From positions 641,756-705,755 of the forward strand of contig JAQGDQ010000080.1 of the NCBI GenBank assembly GCA_030141605.1: 64,000 nucleotides of DNA, read 5' to 3'. The notes beneath the pieces are model-generated. The model ran no database searches and was not told the DNA's origin. It worked only from the letters and a program-made list of their open reading frames with translations. The stretch comes from Tubiluchus corallicola (Eukaryota; Animalia; Priapulida). The translations under genes were made by a program, and so were the position numbers. This document shows, piece by piece, positions 37,201 to 50,085 of this stretch (position 1 is the stretch's first letter; each line of letters begins with the position of its first letter).

Positions 37201-40200
37201 CCTCAACTTTAGGTTGTATGGATTTGGTGTACTCTGCACAGTCATATTTACTCTGCTCACACCACTTGCAGCTCGACTAAGCGTAAAAACATTTGTAGCT
37301 TGTAGAGTCCTAGAAGGCTTTGGGGAGGTATGTTACTGTAATAATTAAGTAATAATATACAGTAAAGCAAGTCAACATGTTTAAAAATGCATAATGCCTT
37401 ATATTTGACTGGAACACTAAAACCTATATTGCATGTAAGTTGGAACAGTGTAAAAAACAGCTGTCACCACTTCCTAACTCAGTTGTTCTGGAAGTGAAAT
37501 GAAATCATGGGTTCAGACATTAAACAGCTTCATTTTTCAGGGAGTGACATTTCCGTCTATGCACGCTCTATGGGCCAGCTGGGCACCTCCTTTAGAAAGA
37601 AGTAAACTAATTACTTTTTCATATTCTGGAGCAGCTTTTGGCACTATTATTTCTCTACCAGTATCTGGCCTTTTGTGTGATTACTTAGGATGGCCTTCTG
37701 TTTTCTACGTTTTTGGTAAGCATAATTATTGTGTTTGCTTTTAACTGATTGTTTTTTTGCTTTTAATTGAATTTATGACTTATTAAATTAATTCAACTAA
37801 TTAATTGATTAATTGGTTTAATTTAATAAGAATTCTAACTTTAATGTTATGAAACACATGTACTGAAATATTTTGTTTGGCAACTTTTTTTGCAGGTGGA
37901 ATTGGTTTGTTATGGTTTATTTTATGGATGCTTCTAGTGCATGATGCACCTCAGGAACACCCGCGAATTAGCAGTGAAGAATTGCATTTACTGACAACTA
38001 CTATAGGACAAGTTGGTGATACTCGAAAGGTACAAATTTAATATTTCGTATGTGGTTGTATTGTTTTTCTGTTTGTATCTTCTATCCTTTTAAGATTTGA
38101 AAACAAAAGGCAGTGGTGTCCCTGTTGTCTGAAAAGGTAATATATAAGCTACAACGAACGTATGGTCAAACAATGTGCAAAACTTGCAAAAAAAGATTGC
38201 TGTTATTGCTGAATGTAATTCACGTTGTGACTTCTGCCTTCTGTGCAGTTTTTTTCTGCTTGTTATCGATTTTTGTCTATTCCAGTGGCTCAGAAAAGGT
38301 ATAAAGTGTAGAACAAATTAGTAACTTTCTGCCAGATCGAGTCATCAGATGATGGTAGATGATGCCAATCCTTACATGTAATTAGATATAGGTGGTTCAA
38401 CATTGTTGGTTGATAAATTATGTGCATGCTAGCTAAAAATTATAGCTATAGGCCTATCTATGCCTTTTATTTCTTCTACACTCGAATGTCTATTGCGTCA
38501 AATGACACAATATGAATGTTAGCCGTTGTGCTTACATATTTTACAAAAAAAATAGTACAGTACAGTAAAATAATAAACTCACTTTGGGATTGAAGTGTTT
38601 TGACCCAATTAACCAACTGAACCTATTAACTAATGGGTGAAGCATTACTGGTATAAAAGTATGAGTCATCAGCTTAGTATGCACTGCAAAGGTTTTTAAT
38701 GAATTTTAGAAACGAAGTAATCCTAAATTCCTTTGTGCAGTTAAAAATTAGAAAAAAATATTTTAAAATATTTATTTATATAAGTGAATTAGCATTAAAT
38801 TAAAAAGTATACTTATCTAAATCACACACGCAAAAATTACAAAAGTTATTTCAAAGTCGGTTGCTTCATTTTATCGTGAAAAAGTTGGCTCACAAAGTTC
38901 TCATGATGATAAAAACATTGAAAATCTGTTGTTGTATGATGCACAAATTCCGTAAAATTTTTGCACCATAAAATGCTAAAACTGTTGGTGGTGCCCGTGT
39001 TTCCCGGCAAGTACAGCTTGGTCTAACGTTTCGCCTAAGCTCCGGCTTGCCATAATTGTGATGTATTCACTGTACTGTACCTGTGTCCCTGGCATAACAG
39101 CAACATCTAACTGACTAAACTTTCTGGCAAAGGCAGCCAGAGCATCAAAAGCAAACCGCTAAGCAAGTGATTAAATGTTTGGCTTCCAGGAATTCTTGGA
39201 TAATGAGGTTAATTGCAGATGGGCAGGTCAAAGTAAACCATTGGGCTAGCATATTAACGTATGATAAACGTTCCTGCTTACAAACAAAACGGTACTTAAC
39301 ATGATTGTTTCTATGTATATTATAGGACAAGAGCGAACTAAGATGATATAAAAGTCATAAAAGTTTATTAGTCATACGAAAGTGTCTTATTGAAGCATGT
39401 GAAGCAAAAATATTGAGTCAATTATGCGGAGTTACTTGAGTCATTTACTGACAGTTTTTGTGTACATTTGAATAGAAGCAACCCGTACCAGGCATTTTTG
39501 AGTCAATTAAGCGATTGAGTCTATTAACCATGAGTCTATTAAGTGGCACCTTCTGTACTAGTTGCTTGTGACAGCGGTGGCAGCACTGACAGAAGATGCT
39601 GGGGAGGGGGGGGCACAGTAGCTATGATGGCAATAGTGACAATCGTAGTGGTAGTGGATATGATATAGTAGCAGCTGTACTAGTAATAATTTCAACAGCA
39701 GTGACAGTAGCAACTTCTCATTTTCTTAACATATTTCTATGCGCCAGCTGGAATTGAATACAAATTGTACAGCAGTGAAGAGATTAAGGTAACATTAAAG
39801 ACCATTGACTCTTTCTGGTGATGCCAAATAATGAGTTTGAACGTGATCATATGACACTAATACCCAAAGTGATGAAACAGAAACTAGTATCATTAAACCT
39901 GTAAGTTTAAGTGAGTAGGTAAGACTAGTTAGATCTGCCTTGCCATCCTTTATTTACTGTTTTAGACAGAGTAGCATAATTTCTTACTGATTTTCTTTTC
40001 AGAAGAAGCGTGTTCCATGGAGAAGTGTTTGCACATCATTGCCAGTACTGGCTATATGTGTCAGCCATGTTTGTCAAAACTGGGGCTTTTATACTCTTCT
40101 TACATGTTTGCCGACATATATGAAAGAAGTTCTCAAGTTTGATATCTCAAAAGTATTGCAAAATTTTATGTTTTTTTAATTTATTGTATGGAAGCTTTTT

Positions 40201-43200
40201 TATTATAACATGTAACACTGTTGAACATCTTGCACACTTAAATTTGTATTGTTTATAATTCTCGTAGGATGGATTTTTATCTGCTTTGCCATATGTCTTT
40301 CAATGGTTTGTAACAATAATAGGAGGACAGACAGCTGATTTTTTTCGTCAGCGGCACATTATTAGCACAACAGTAGTGAGAAAGCTATGGAACACAACTG
40401 GTAGGCCTTTTGTATTTTTCTAGAACTACACAGCCTTTTTTGGCATTATACCTGCAGTGTCAGAAATTACTTTGGTCATGTTGTTGTAATTCACCCTGTT
40501 AAACTTGATGCAACTTCAAATTTGAAATGATTTCAACTAGTGATGGGCCAACCTGGTTAGAGATCTGTGATTGGTAACCAAACAGTAGTATTTGGCTGTG
40601 ATTGGCTCGGCATTAAATTATTGATTGGCTCGGTGAACTATTGAGCCGATCAGACCTTAAAAATTGTTGAATTTATAAAAAACGTAAAAATAAAATATCT
40701 AAAACTTACGGTAACAGTTTTGAAATGTTTAATGTATTGTTACTCCAGATTATTAGGCAAAATTATTTGCATGTAGCAACCATGTTTCGTTCAGTTGTCA
40801 TCCCTATGAGAACCCACACTCAGAAGGCGCAATCCATACAGGTGCGGCAGATTAAGCACTTCAGTCTCACTGCTGAATTTTGATCATCAGGCTGTTTTCT
40901 TATGCTACTTATTTCATACCATAACGAGCATGAATAATTGAAGAACTCATGCAAAACCATTGTAGTTATTTTATGACTCTTAGCTTTCTGTGTCCTAGCT
41001 GAGAAATTTATAAATTTGTGGACCTACTCTGCCTTTTTGGCCAGGAAGATGAAAATTGTTGCACCAAAGAAATCATTAATTTGTGTAGTTCAGTGAAGCT
41101 TCAAAGTTCCACTAAAACATTTGGGTTTTATTTACTTTATTGATAAAAATAATAAAGTCCTGAAAGAACTGATTACAGTTCTTCTGATTACATGAACACT
41201 GATTACAGGAGTTAAATGACGAAGTTTCTTTATTGGAGTCCGGTGGATAATATCTTTTGACATAAAATAACAAGATAGGACAATGCATTTTAAAGAACGT
41301 TTTTGTATCAGTAATGTCTACGTATTTTATCCGACTTGTAATCGGCTGGTGTCAATAAATTGCAAAGTTGATAGGCTCAGTACCCAAAAATATTGATCAA
41401 CCCATCACTAATTTCAACATGATTCATCCAATTTAATCTAGCATGGTTATGGACATTTTGAGAAAGCAAAACTTGGTGGATAAATCGAGATCTCAGATTC
41501 AAGACCATTTTTCTGTAGTGCAAAATGCACTAGAGTTAATTTCATAAAAAATATGACCTGTGTTAAGCGGGTCAAGGTCACCCACTCCAAACATGAATAA
41601 TATTGCATACTAAAAATCACAGAAAGCTTGCAAGCGTGTGTGCGTACGTGTAGTAAAAACATTCCATTTGTTCATTTTCAGAAACAAACATGCCTGAACA
41701 AGTTTGGTTGTATTGACTCAGATGCACATTTTATGACACCTGCCTTGTTGTAAATTAAAAATAGCTTTTCAATTAATGATTTTTATGCATGTTAATATTA
41801 TTATCTTCAAGGATTGACACTGCCGGCTGTGTTTTTGGTTGTGATTAGCTATGTTGGTTGTAATAGCACAGCAGCTGTTGCTTGCCTTACCGCAGCTGTA
41901 GGACTTAATGGTTTTGTCGGCTCAGGATATAATGTCAATCACTTAGATATTGGTCCAGCATTTGCGGGTAAATATTGAAGTTAGTAAATGTTTATTTTCT
42001 ACTTTGTGATTTACAGCCTGCTTTCTTTGGTTATATGGTGTGTGCTGCAAATTTGATAAATTAAAATTTCTTAACGGTTTTTACAGCATTTGCTCTTCCA
42101 TACTTTAACTGCGTATTTAGACGATGACATTGCCAACAAACTTATTAGCAATGTTTCTAATTAAAAACATAAGCTTGTCAGTACCAGTCTCAGTTCAAAT
42201 TATTATAAGTAAGTGATAGTGTTTTATTGTTTCTAGAGCAACTTTTCGAAATATATGTCATATCACAATGTTCAGTATATGAATAAACTCAGTTTTCTTT
42301 ATCAGGTTGTAACAACATTTTACCTTTTTGAACAAAAAAATGAACAAACCTGTGCTGAATTTATGATGAGATGGAGATTTGAAATATTGTTTGCATTTGC
42401 ATGCAGGTACTCTGATGGGAATCACAAACACATTTGCTACTCTGCCAGGCATATTTGCACCAATGGTTGTAGGAGTTCTAACAGAAGATAATGTAAGTAT
42501 ATTGCTAATTACCCTATAGTTTTTGCATGAAAAAGTAAAGCATTGTTTTCAGTTATTAAAATTAATTGAATAATCAGAATAAACGCATGAGTCATCAGTT
42601 ATCAGTTCAATAAATGACTCACGACTTGACTTGGACTCGAAGTGACGATGCACTGACTTGACTAATGACTCAGTAAGCCAAACAGTAATAACTCATGTTA
42701 TTACAAAGTAATTACAACATCCATATTTATGAAAGCCTTTCAATTCCTCGTTCAAATAATCAGCGTTCGTTGTCTGTAGACATTTTTTTATATTATGCCT
42801 TAAGTGTAATTCTAAAATACATTCACCGGCTGTCGTTGCATCCAACTTCAGCTAAAAATGTTTCCATTTTATTACGATGTTAACATTCACTGGACAATCC
42901 ATTAAAAAAATTCAAAATTCATCATACACAGCTTTTTAAGCTGCTAGTTTGCCTATTACCTGAGTGGGCCTTCGCTCAAATTGGTTTATAAGTAATAATG
43001 CGCAAAACTTGTGCTCTGTCAAATCAAAACCTATTTGGCAATTTTGACAGCTTCTTAAGCAATCGGTAACTTGAACACTCGACTTGGATAATTTATGTTT
43101 TTTGTTTATTTGCTAATGTTGCAAATCTATTTAGGCTTAAATAAAGATCATAACCTTGCCTTTCTTTGGAAACTGCTTACTGTAACAATGCAACAGTGTA

Positions 43201-43976
43201 TAGCAGTTGCAGCTTTTGGTAAGTACTGCTGTGAAACATCTCAAGAGTTTGAAGATAAAAATGAAGGTTCAACAGGATTTATACGTTTATGCACGTGCCG
43301 CGCACTGTTTTTTCCTAAAATAAAAAACAAATATTAAGATTTTAATACATTGCCATTTACAGTGTCATTGGATTTACTTGAAATGTTCAATGTTCTCTTC
43401 TGCCCGCAAATTTCAGGATTTTTGTCAGTTATCCTGATTTGGTTATCCTGTAAAAACTCACATTATTTGTGCCTTACTACCAAAGCTAATATTTTTGATG
43501 TTCTCCTCCACTACCCTAACATACTACTTTACATTCTATACCTTAAATATTTAATCTTTGAAAACTGCCATATGTCCTTATAGTTCCAATCGCTGGTTGA
43601 ACTGCACACTTTGATGACATGTGTCAATTGATTGTGCCACTGATTATCTAATTGATATCAGTAACTGAAACCAGTGCTTTAGTTCACTTTATGTTTTGTT
43701 CAGAGTAAGTCTTCTTGCAAAATTACTTTATTGTCAGTTATCTTAACTAAACCAACCTTAATTTTTTAGTCTGGTCGGGGACAGTGGCAAATAGTGTTCT
43801 ACATATCTGCAGCTATCAACGTTTTTGGAGCCCTGTTTTTTCTTATTTTTTCTTCTGGGGTTGAACAGTCTTGGGCTCAGAACCATGGAGATTTTAAAAC
43901 GTTGAAACATCACAAGATATCCAATGACGAAGATGGATTAACAGGAGTTACAGGAGTAATTCAAAATAGTGATTGA
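31218..43976 (+). CDS. Sialin-like SLC17 (MFS anion:cation symporter family) transporter, 11 coding exons, about 525 aa
   Basis: Exons 31218-31299, 36177-36397, 36598-36716, 37213-37327, 37541-37715, 37896-38029, 40003-40152, 40268-40400, 41812-41967, 42407-42492, 43770-43976 (1578 nt, open). Motifs [112 protein letters not shown]; N-terminal dileucine DAEPLL like sialin DRTPLL. Exon 1 and exact orthology to SLC17A5 are less certain. An in-frame ATG also exists at 31206. Confidence 0.92.
32670..34468 (-). mobile_element. Decayed 5'-truncated CR1-like LINE in SLC17 intron 1
   Basis: Minus strand gives [56 protein letters not shown] with many disablements; (AAT)n tail at 32670-32702. Confidence 0.88.
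38563..39555 (-). mobile_element. Tigger/pogo-type MITE, inverted copy of 57197-58084
   Basis: Long reverse-complement matches (GAAGTGTTTTGACCCAATTAACC, AAGTATGAGTCATCAGCTTAGTATGCA, GTACCAGGCATTTTTGAGTCAATTAAGCGATTGAGTCTATTAACC); TA flanks. Confidence 0.85.
40538..41410. mobile_element. hAT-superfamily non-autonomous element with perfect 8-bp TSD
   Basis: TIR TAGTGATGGG / CCCATCACTA; TSD ATTTCAAC at 40530-40537 and 41411-41418; subterminal GATTGGCTCGG repeats. Confidence 0.9.
42585..43090. repeat. Probable decayed hAT-like repeat with GACTTG/GACTC subterminal motifs
   Basis: Clusters GACTCACGACTTGACTTGGACTCGA and ACTCGACTTGGA; termini not identified. Confidence 0.35.
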
Positions 43977-44211
43977 ACAATTCTGCTGTAAAAAGTTGCT
44001 CGGAAAAATCACGATGCACATTTTGAGCAATGCTCATTTAGTCTCAGTAATATTTCCTTACGTATACACGTCAGCCGACAGACTTATTAACTTTAAGATG
44101 TGCGTCTAATATTCTGATCAACATAATAACGGCAAGTCATACATATTGGTTGTAGAGATTTTTATTGTAAATATATTGTTTTTTTGTCTTGTAATTCTTA
44201 TTTCATGTGCA

Positions 44212-44217
44212 AATAAA
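44212..44217 (+). terminator. Putative polyadenylation signal of the SLC17 gene
   Basis: AATAAA about 235 nt after the stop codon, followed by T/GT-rich sequence. Confidence 0.45.
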
Positions 44218-46454
44218 GATGTATTATGCAGTATGTACTGTTTAGACATTTATTACAAGTTTAAATAATAAACATTATGTGAAGATTATCAGTCAATATG
44301 TCAACCTTTATATTTTATTACGTATATATGTTTGTTGTATATTTTTTGTTCAGGAGTTATTAAAGGAAAACAATACCCAATTTTAAACTATGTTGTCATA
44401 TGATCTAATGTATGACATATTGGAAGCGGAAATATTGTTTCTTTAAGAATAACTTGTGAAACAATTATTACTGCAGAATTGTAATTAATTTTCGTGTTAA
44501 TGTGGTTTGTTTTTTGCAGTTTGCACTTCATCATTCATTACTTAGATGGAACAACATCTCACAAAACTCACAAACGTGTTACACAAAAACGGGTATTATA
44601 TCTGCTGTCACTTGAGTTTTGACATAGAACACACTTGTGAAATTGCATGTTGGCATAGCTGTAAGCTTGAAATTTAAATTTTGAACATAAATTTGCCAAA
44701 TTGTTGTAAATCATAGTCAATAATGAACATTCTATTTAAATTTTCATTTCAACAAATACATGCAGCATGTTCAGGGAGTGTTCCTGCAGTTAGAAAATTA
44801 TATTCAGTTTGAGTGCCATTAAGCTAATATTTTTTACCATAAATATTTTGGCATTATTATAGGTAATAAAAATGGGATAGGATCTGAGAAATCATCCCCG
44901 TTTGCCTTTAAATTTACACATGCCATGGTATTTTGGTAATACGCTGTTTTATATGGAATGAGCTTATTAAGTGCATTATGTACAGGTTTCACTTTTGTTT
45001 TTATGTTACTGACTGACCCATTGACCCAACACACATCAACTGTGTTTTTGATTACTGATTAATTGTTCCTTTTGAAAGCACATTTCCCTGTATAGTGTTT
45101 GACCGAGTGTTCAATTCGGTCATGATTTATACACTGTTCCTGTTATTTATTACATTCAGCACAAATAACTGAAACCAATTTCTTGCATCTCATTTAGGCA
45201 TCTTGCATCGGATGAAAGTTTTTTAATGATTTTTTTAAAATAAACTCATCTGTGATAAACTTGTATATCTAACATCTTACTGCTCATGTATAAAATTGTT
45301 GTAACTGGCAAATGATAATATATGTTCAATTTAAAATCTTAAAAAAAGTTTTCAGTCACTTTTTGGTAGTGTTCTAGCTGATCAGTCAAGAGGACAATTG
45401 ATGTTTTCTGTACTGTCTAATACACATTAACTAGAATTTACTACAACTCATATCACACTTTTTGTTTTAAACACTGGTTTCTTTCCAAAAGTTTTTCTAA
45501 GTGTCAATATTGTATGACTGAACAAAAACTTAAATTTACATACCACATATTTCAAAATTGTAACAGCAACGCCATCATGGTTATCAAGGGACCATCATTC
45601 TAATAACATGTATGGCAATTTGTTTTCCCAGACAACATAGTAAATTTATCTCGTAAGCTTTAAAAATCACAATGTAATTTATATACATACTCACAATTTT
45701 CTATCTGTGGGGACTTCATTTTGAAGTTCCTTCTAGCAATATTCATTCTGCAGTTGTTTAACTTTATGTGTAATGTAGGCAGCTTTATTTTAGAAGATGT
45801 TATTCTGACTTAAGCAATAATGTCATAACTTCAGGTTATTTTTAGCATATTTAAGTATATCACAAGGAAGTTTAAATATTCATAGCTGTAATGCTAAAAT
45901 GAGTAGATCTATCACTGACAGCTTAATACAATATATTAACAGTCCTTAGACAAACAGTGCCTCTTAACATTATATTTAATTAAAAATTGTAGTACCGTGC
46001 ATTATGACTTGTGGTTTTTAAACAACAGCTAAATAAGTTTGTCTAATTTTCAAAAATGTTGTTACAAGAGTTAACAGTTCCTCTGGGTCCACCAGAAAAT
46101 GTACAAAAAGTTAAAAAAGAAGTATAGAAAAATTTGATAGCTGAACAATACCAACTGTTAATGCAGTAATTAACAACAGTAACTGTAATTCAGTGTATTC
46201 TTGCTGTTTTACATTAAAACTGTTCGATTTGCTCGACTTACTGCATATAATTATGGCTATAATTTGCTATATTGTTTAACAAAATTGAAATGCACTGGAC
46301 CTTACAATTTGTGTTGTTCTTACATTTAAGATCGGTGGTCACCAAATTTTTTTTTGAAAGACTCAAGGTTCTTGTGACAAAATCAAAGATTTTAATATTT
46401 CAAAATTAACTAGCCTATTTAACGTTTTGGTACCAACTTTCTTAAATTAAACAA

Positions 46455-46698
46455 TAGGGGTGAGCATCGAGCATTGGAGTTCGAACATTCGAATCTAAAA
46501 CTACAAATTCGAATAATTTGGCACTTCAACTACACACGTGTTTTACCATAAAAATGTTTAAAATAGCATGCGAAACCGCTTTTTATTAATGATCTGAAAA
46601 TCTTTACAATTGTTGTAAAATTCGGTTTGATTCGAGTTTAAAAGTCACAAATTCGGTTTCAATCCAAATTCACTTTTGATAAAGAATACTCACTCCTA
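46455..46698. mobile_element. Short hAT-like MITE
   Basis: TAGGGGTGAGCAT.../...ATACTCACTCCTA imperfect TIRs; subterminal TTCGA/TTCGG repeats; partial TSD ttaaacaa/ttaaatag. Confidence 0.5.
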
Positions 46699-46870
46699 TT
46701 AAATAGGCCTATTGCTATTGGTGCTACAAATTTATCACTATATTAGTTTTCTGTCAAACACTTGATATATGCTCTAAAACCTCGCATGCTAACCGTTGCC
46801 CATACAGTATAACATCATTATAAGGGGCCAGAAAAAATACTCTACAAGCATATGCAGCTAATCATATGTA

Positions 46871-47934
46871 CAGTCTAACCTCGTTATCTCGCCCCTCGTT
46901 ATGCCGCCAAACTCGTCTCTCGCCATAGAAAGTACCAGGACGGATGTCCTGCTTTGATATTTAACCTCATTAAGTCGCCACCCTCGCTTCTCGCCCTCGC
47001 CACGTCATGCTAAGATGAGTGCTTATGTAAACTATATTTGTTATGTCGCCAAACAGACAAACTCAGAGGTGAATCGATCAATACATATACCGCGTGTCGA
47101 TCAATATAACCTCGGTATGTAAACAATGCTGCTGTACTCGATAGACAGACGTAATTAATCTAGTGTGTGTCTCACCAGGATTAGATTAGGAGTGCTGTGG
47201 TTGGTTAATGCGCAGAGAAACTAAAGCGTCACCGATATCCTTACTCTATAACACCAAAGCTGCGTTTAAGTTTGAGTTTCCACAAAGTGTGAGCAACTAC
47301 ATGATGTCTCTGAAGCGAAAACTGTTTTGTCTTAATCCTGAACAAAAAAAGGAAATTTGTATTATCATACGAATAATTCTTCAAAGACACAGCAGGAAAT
47401 TGCTACTGTATTTAGTGCGAAATTTGGTGACACTGTTAGCCGGAGAAGTGTCTCATGGCGCATCTCATGTATCGAATGACCAGGCAGCAGCAGCTGTCGA
47501 CACACTGATGCGATACTTTGAACAGTCTGACAGAGTCACAAGCGACGATATTCAAGGATGTTCAACGAATATATTATTCATGTTGACTGCTTGCGTGTAT
47601 CATCAATGAAACAGTCGTCAGTAACTCATTTGTGAACATTTCTAAATCGTTTGCTAAGTTTGTTGCATTTAAGTGTATACCCGAAAAAGGTTTTTTAAAT
47701 AAAAAAGTAACATTCTACGATTATTTTTATGACATTTTTTCATTTCTGATTTAATGTTGATTGGTATCATAATGCGAAATATATTTTATATGTACATAGA
47801 GGAACACTATGTTAATCAACTATTATGTATATACATATAGACTAACTTCGTTATATTCCCGTTTTCTCACCATACTCGCCTCTCGCCGAAAATTTGCCCT
47901 AGACGGACAGTGGCGAGATAACGAGGCATGACTG
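46871..47934 (+). mobile_element. Internally deleted Tigger/pogo DNA transposon with transposase remnants
   Basis: TIRs CAGTCTAACCTCGTTATCTCGCC / GGCGAGATAACGAGGCATGACTG, TA TSD. Remnants MSLKRKLFCLNPEQKKEIC then (frameshift) YHTNNSSKTQQEIATVFSAKFGDTVSRRSVS (CENP-B-type HTH), joined to the C-terminal VSNDQAAAAVDTLMRYFEQS and MKQSSVTHL; DDE core absent. Confidence 0.88.
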
Positions 47935-48737
47935 TATATGACTTCCAGAATGGACAACCATGTATTAATAATAATAGTCTATAAATAATCTACAATGTGT
48001 GGTTTCATAGAAGATGTAAAATACTTTTACAAGTTACTTTTAAGCATCAACTACTTTGCTGTATATTCAATGAAATGTATTTTATGTACCTTCAATAAAT
48101 TAAAAATAAATGAATGTCTTGTATTCTGTGGTACACATTCAGTATTAAATTTATGTGACATATTCACTAAAGTCAGTGAGATTCAAAAAGTTTTGTTTGT
48201 ATAAAATTTCTCCCATGTATAAAAAGTTTTAGCAGGAAAAAAATGTAGTAGGGTTCATCACTTGACGAAACGTCTCAGCAGTGCACTGCCTGTGTATGCA
48301 CGTAAAACAGCTGGGTACCAAACCGCTGAGTGACTCATTGTTTTTATACAGCTAGTAGACAAAAAGAGCTTTCTACACAACATGTTAACAACTCTGCCTG
48401 CTGTAGGCCTAACAAAAAATTTTTTGCAGCACCAGGAATGATGGGTTCAATTTAAATGTGAATTGAAAAACAGCTGACAAAGGTAAAGTATGCAATAAGA
48501 GCTTAAAATACATGGTAATGCAGGCATTGTGGCCTGACAAAAAGTCCACAGTACGCTGTATTCAAACCTATTACCATAGTTAAATAAATTGTGAAAATTC
48601 GTAAATTGTTTCTAAGTTTGCCAATAAACCATGTTTGCTATAATGTATTATACTGTACATAAAAGGCTGCAGCGAACACTAACATATAAAATTAAATACA
48701 CATATGTTTTTCAATTCCGTTTATGCATATTCTGATG

Positions 48738-49739
48738 TCATGACTGTCGTTGACATTGCCCAAGTAATGCAGTGAGTCTGCCAGAGCGATACAATCTGTT
48801 TAGTTCATTTGCACCACCCACACATTCTCCAGAAATGAATACTCTAGGAACCTAAAACAGCAAAAATCTTCATGTAAATACAAACTATGAGCGTTTAAAT
48901 TTTAATGTTAATATAATAAAATTCCCATTAGCGAAACTATGACAAAATCTAATATGCTTTGCTACAGAGATGCACCAAATGTTCAGATTGCCAAATTTTT
49001 TTCCCACATATCAGTATAAAAATCCGATCCAGTAAACTTCGGTTTCAATCCCTAAAAAAATCAATGAACTTTGGTTTACTCCTTTAAAATTGTCATTCAG
49101 TGACAATTACACTAAACAAACCGAATATTTCTCTATATGCTTATAAAAAGTTATCCGAAAAAATCTGATTGTAAACAGTGAACTCAGCATAGCAGCTAAC
49201 ATTTTGTTTTCTGTTTTTGTATGACAACTCAAAGAATACGATGCATCGTCAGTACACAAGCCGTGCCAATGCGCATTATTGTGGCAGTGCTGTACTATAC
49301 ATGACGAAAAATAAATCAATGAGAACTCGAGCTCGGTGGTAACCAAGCATAAAAAAATCGGCTTTGGTTCAATTGATGAAAATGTGCCTTTGAGGCAACT
49401 GTACTTTGCTATATTATAACATTGTCAAATAATTTTCATCATTTAAGATGAGATGCCAGATATACCGTGCGTGCTCCTGTCATGGAATGAAGAGCGTCCA
49501 TAACTGCAGATGCATTATAGTCATTGCTTAATTGATCAATCTCTACAACATCATACTCAACATGTAGCGAGTCAAGGCGCTTTTTAGCTTCTATGCAATA
49601 TGGGCATCTGGTTTTGGAAAACATCATAACGCAATTAGAGTTTATTTTATTTTTTATAAAGTTCATATGTTTGGTGTCTACTGCTGTCGAAGATTGTCCT
49701 CCCATTGTCCATAAGCCTCTATTCAACAACCCCAAATAC
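48738..49739 (-). CDS. GLRX2: Glutaredoxin-2-like dithiol glutaredoxin (CPYC), last two exons
   Basis: Exons 49466-49739 and 48738-48851: MGGQSS...INSNCVMMFSKTRCPYC...MTGART/VPRVFISGECVGGANEL...LLGQCQRQS*. Has the two extra cysteines (NCV, QC) typical of Grx2. 117 aa from the ATG at 49705; the frame is open back to the acceptor at 49739. Confidence 0.9.
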
Positions 49740-49817
49740 CTAAAAATATTAAAATTATTGAAACTTCAGGTGAACCCGCTTTAACAGTAAAATCATAATT
49801 ACAAAATTATCACTATC

Positions 49818-50085
49818 CATAAGCGTGCGGGCCGATTTTTTCGGGGGGGAGCCACCTTTGCCCAAAAAAAATACTGGGAAAATCAGCAGGTCAACTTCGA
49901 GTCAGGAATGGTCTCATCACCACCCCATGATCAAAAAATGCCCAGATTTCGGGCACTTCATGTGGCGGCATGGAGAAATTTCGAGCTTTCCTTTTATGAA
50001 AAATATTATTTGGCCGGCGTCCGAAAAATTTTTTGATTGCCCGAATCCCTGGTGGGCTGTAACCCCCCCCCCCCCCGCCTATGTG
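49818..50085. mobile_element. hAT-like MITE in glutaredoxin intron
   Basis: CATAAGCG.../...CGCCTATG termini with G-run and C-run subtermini, TTGCCC motifs, near-perfect flanking repeat (t/a)CACTATC. Confidence 0.7.

Noticed and set aside
39570-39720. Purine-rich, coding-looking stretch
   Set aside because: Decayed GTA/GCA trinucleotide repeat inside an intron, without splice support.
39865-39895. GTGATGA-AACA-GAAACTAGTA hammerhead-like string
   Set aside because: Core has G instead of C and the flanks do not pair.
44860-45040. Similarity to Stealth-family WVNG or XXYLT1-like IMPK motifs
   Set aside because: Matches of only a few residues, not enough for a family call.
48250-48280. GACGAAACGTC resembling the 3' half of a minimal hammerhead ribozyme
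   Set aside because: No CTGANGA core upstream and no stem I.
48240-48740. Selenocysteine read-through of the glutaredoxin TGA
   Set aside because: The active site is ordinary CPYC, the TGA is at the normal Grx2 C-terminus, and no convincing SECIS was found.
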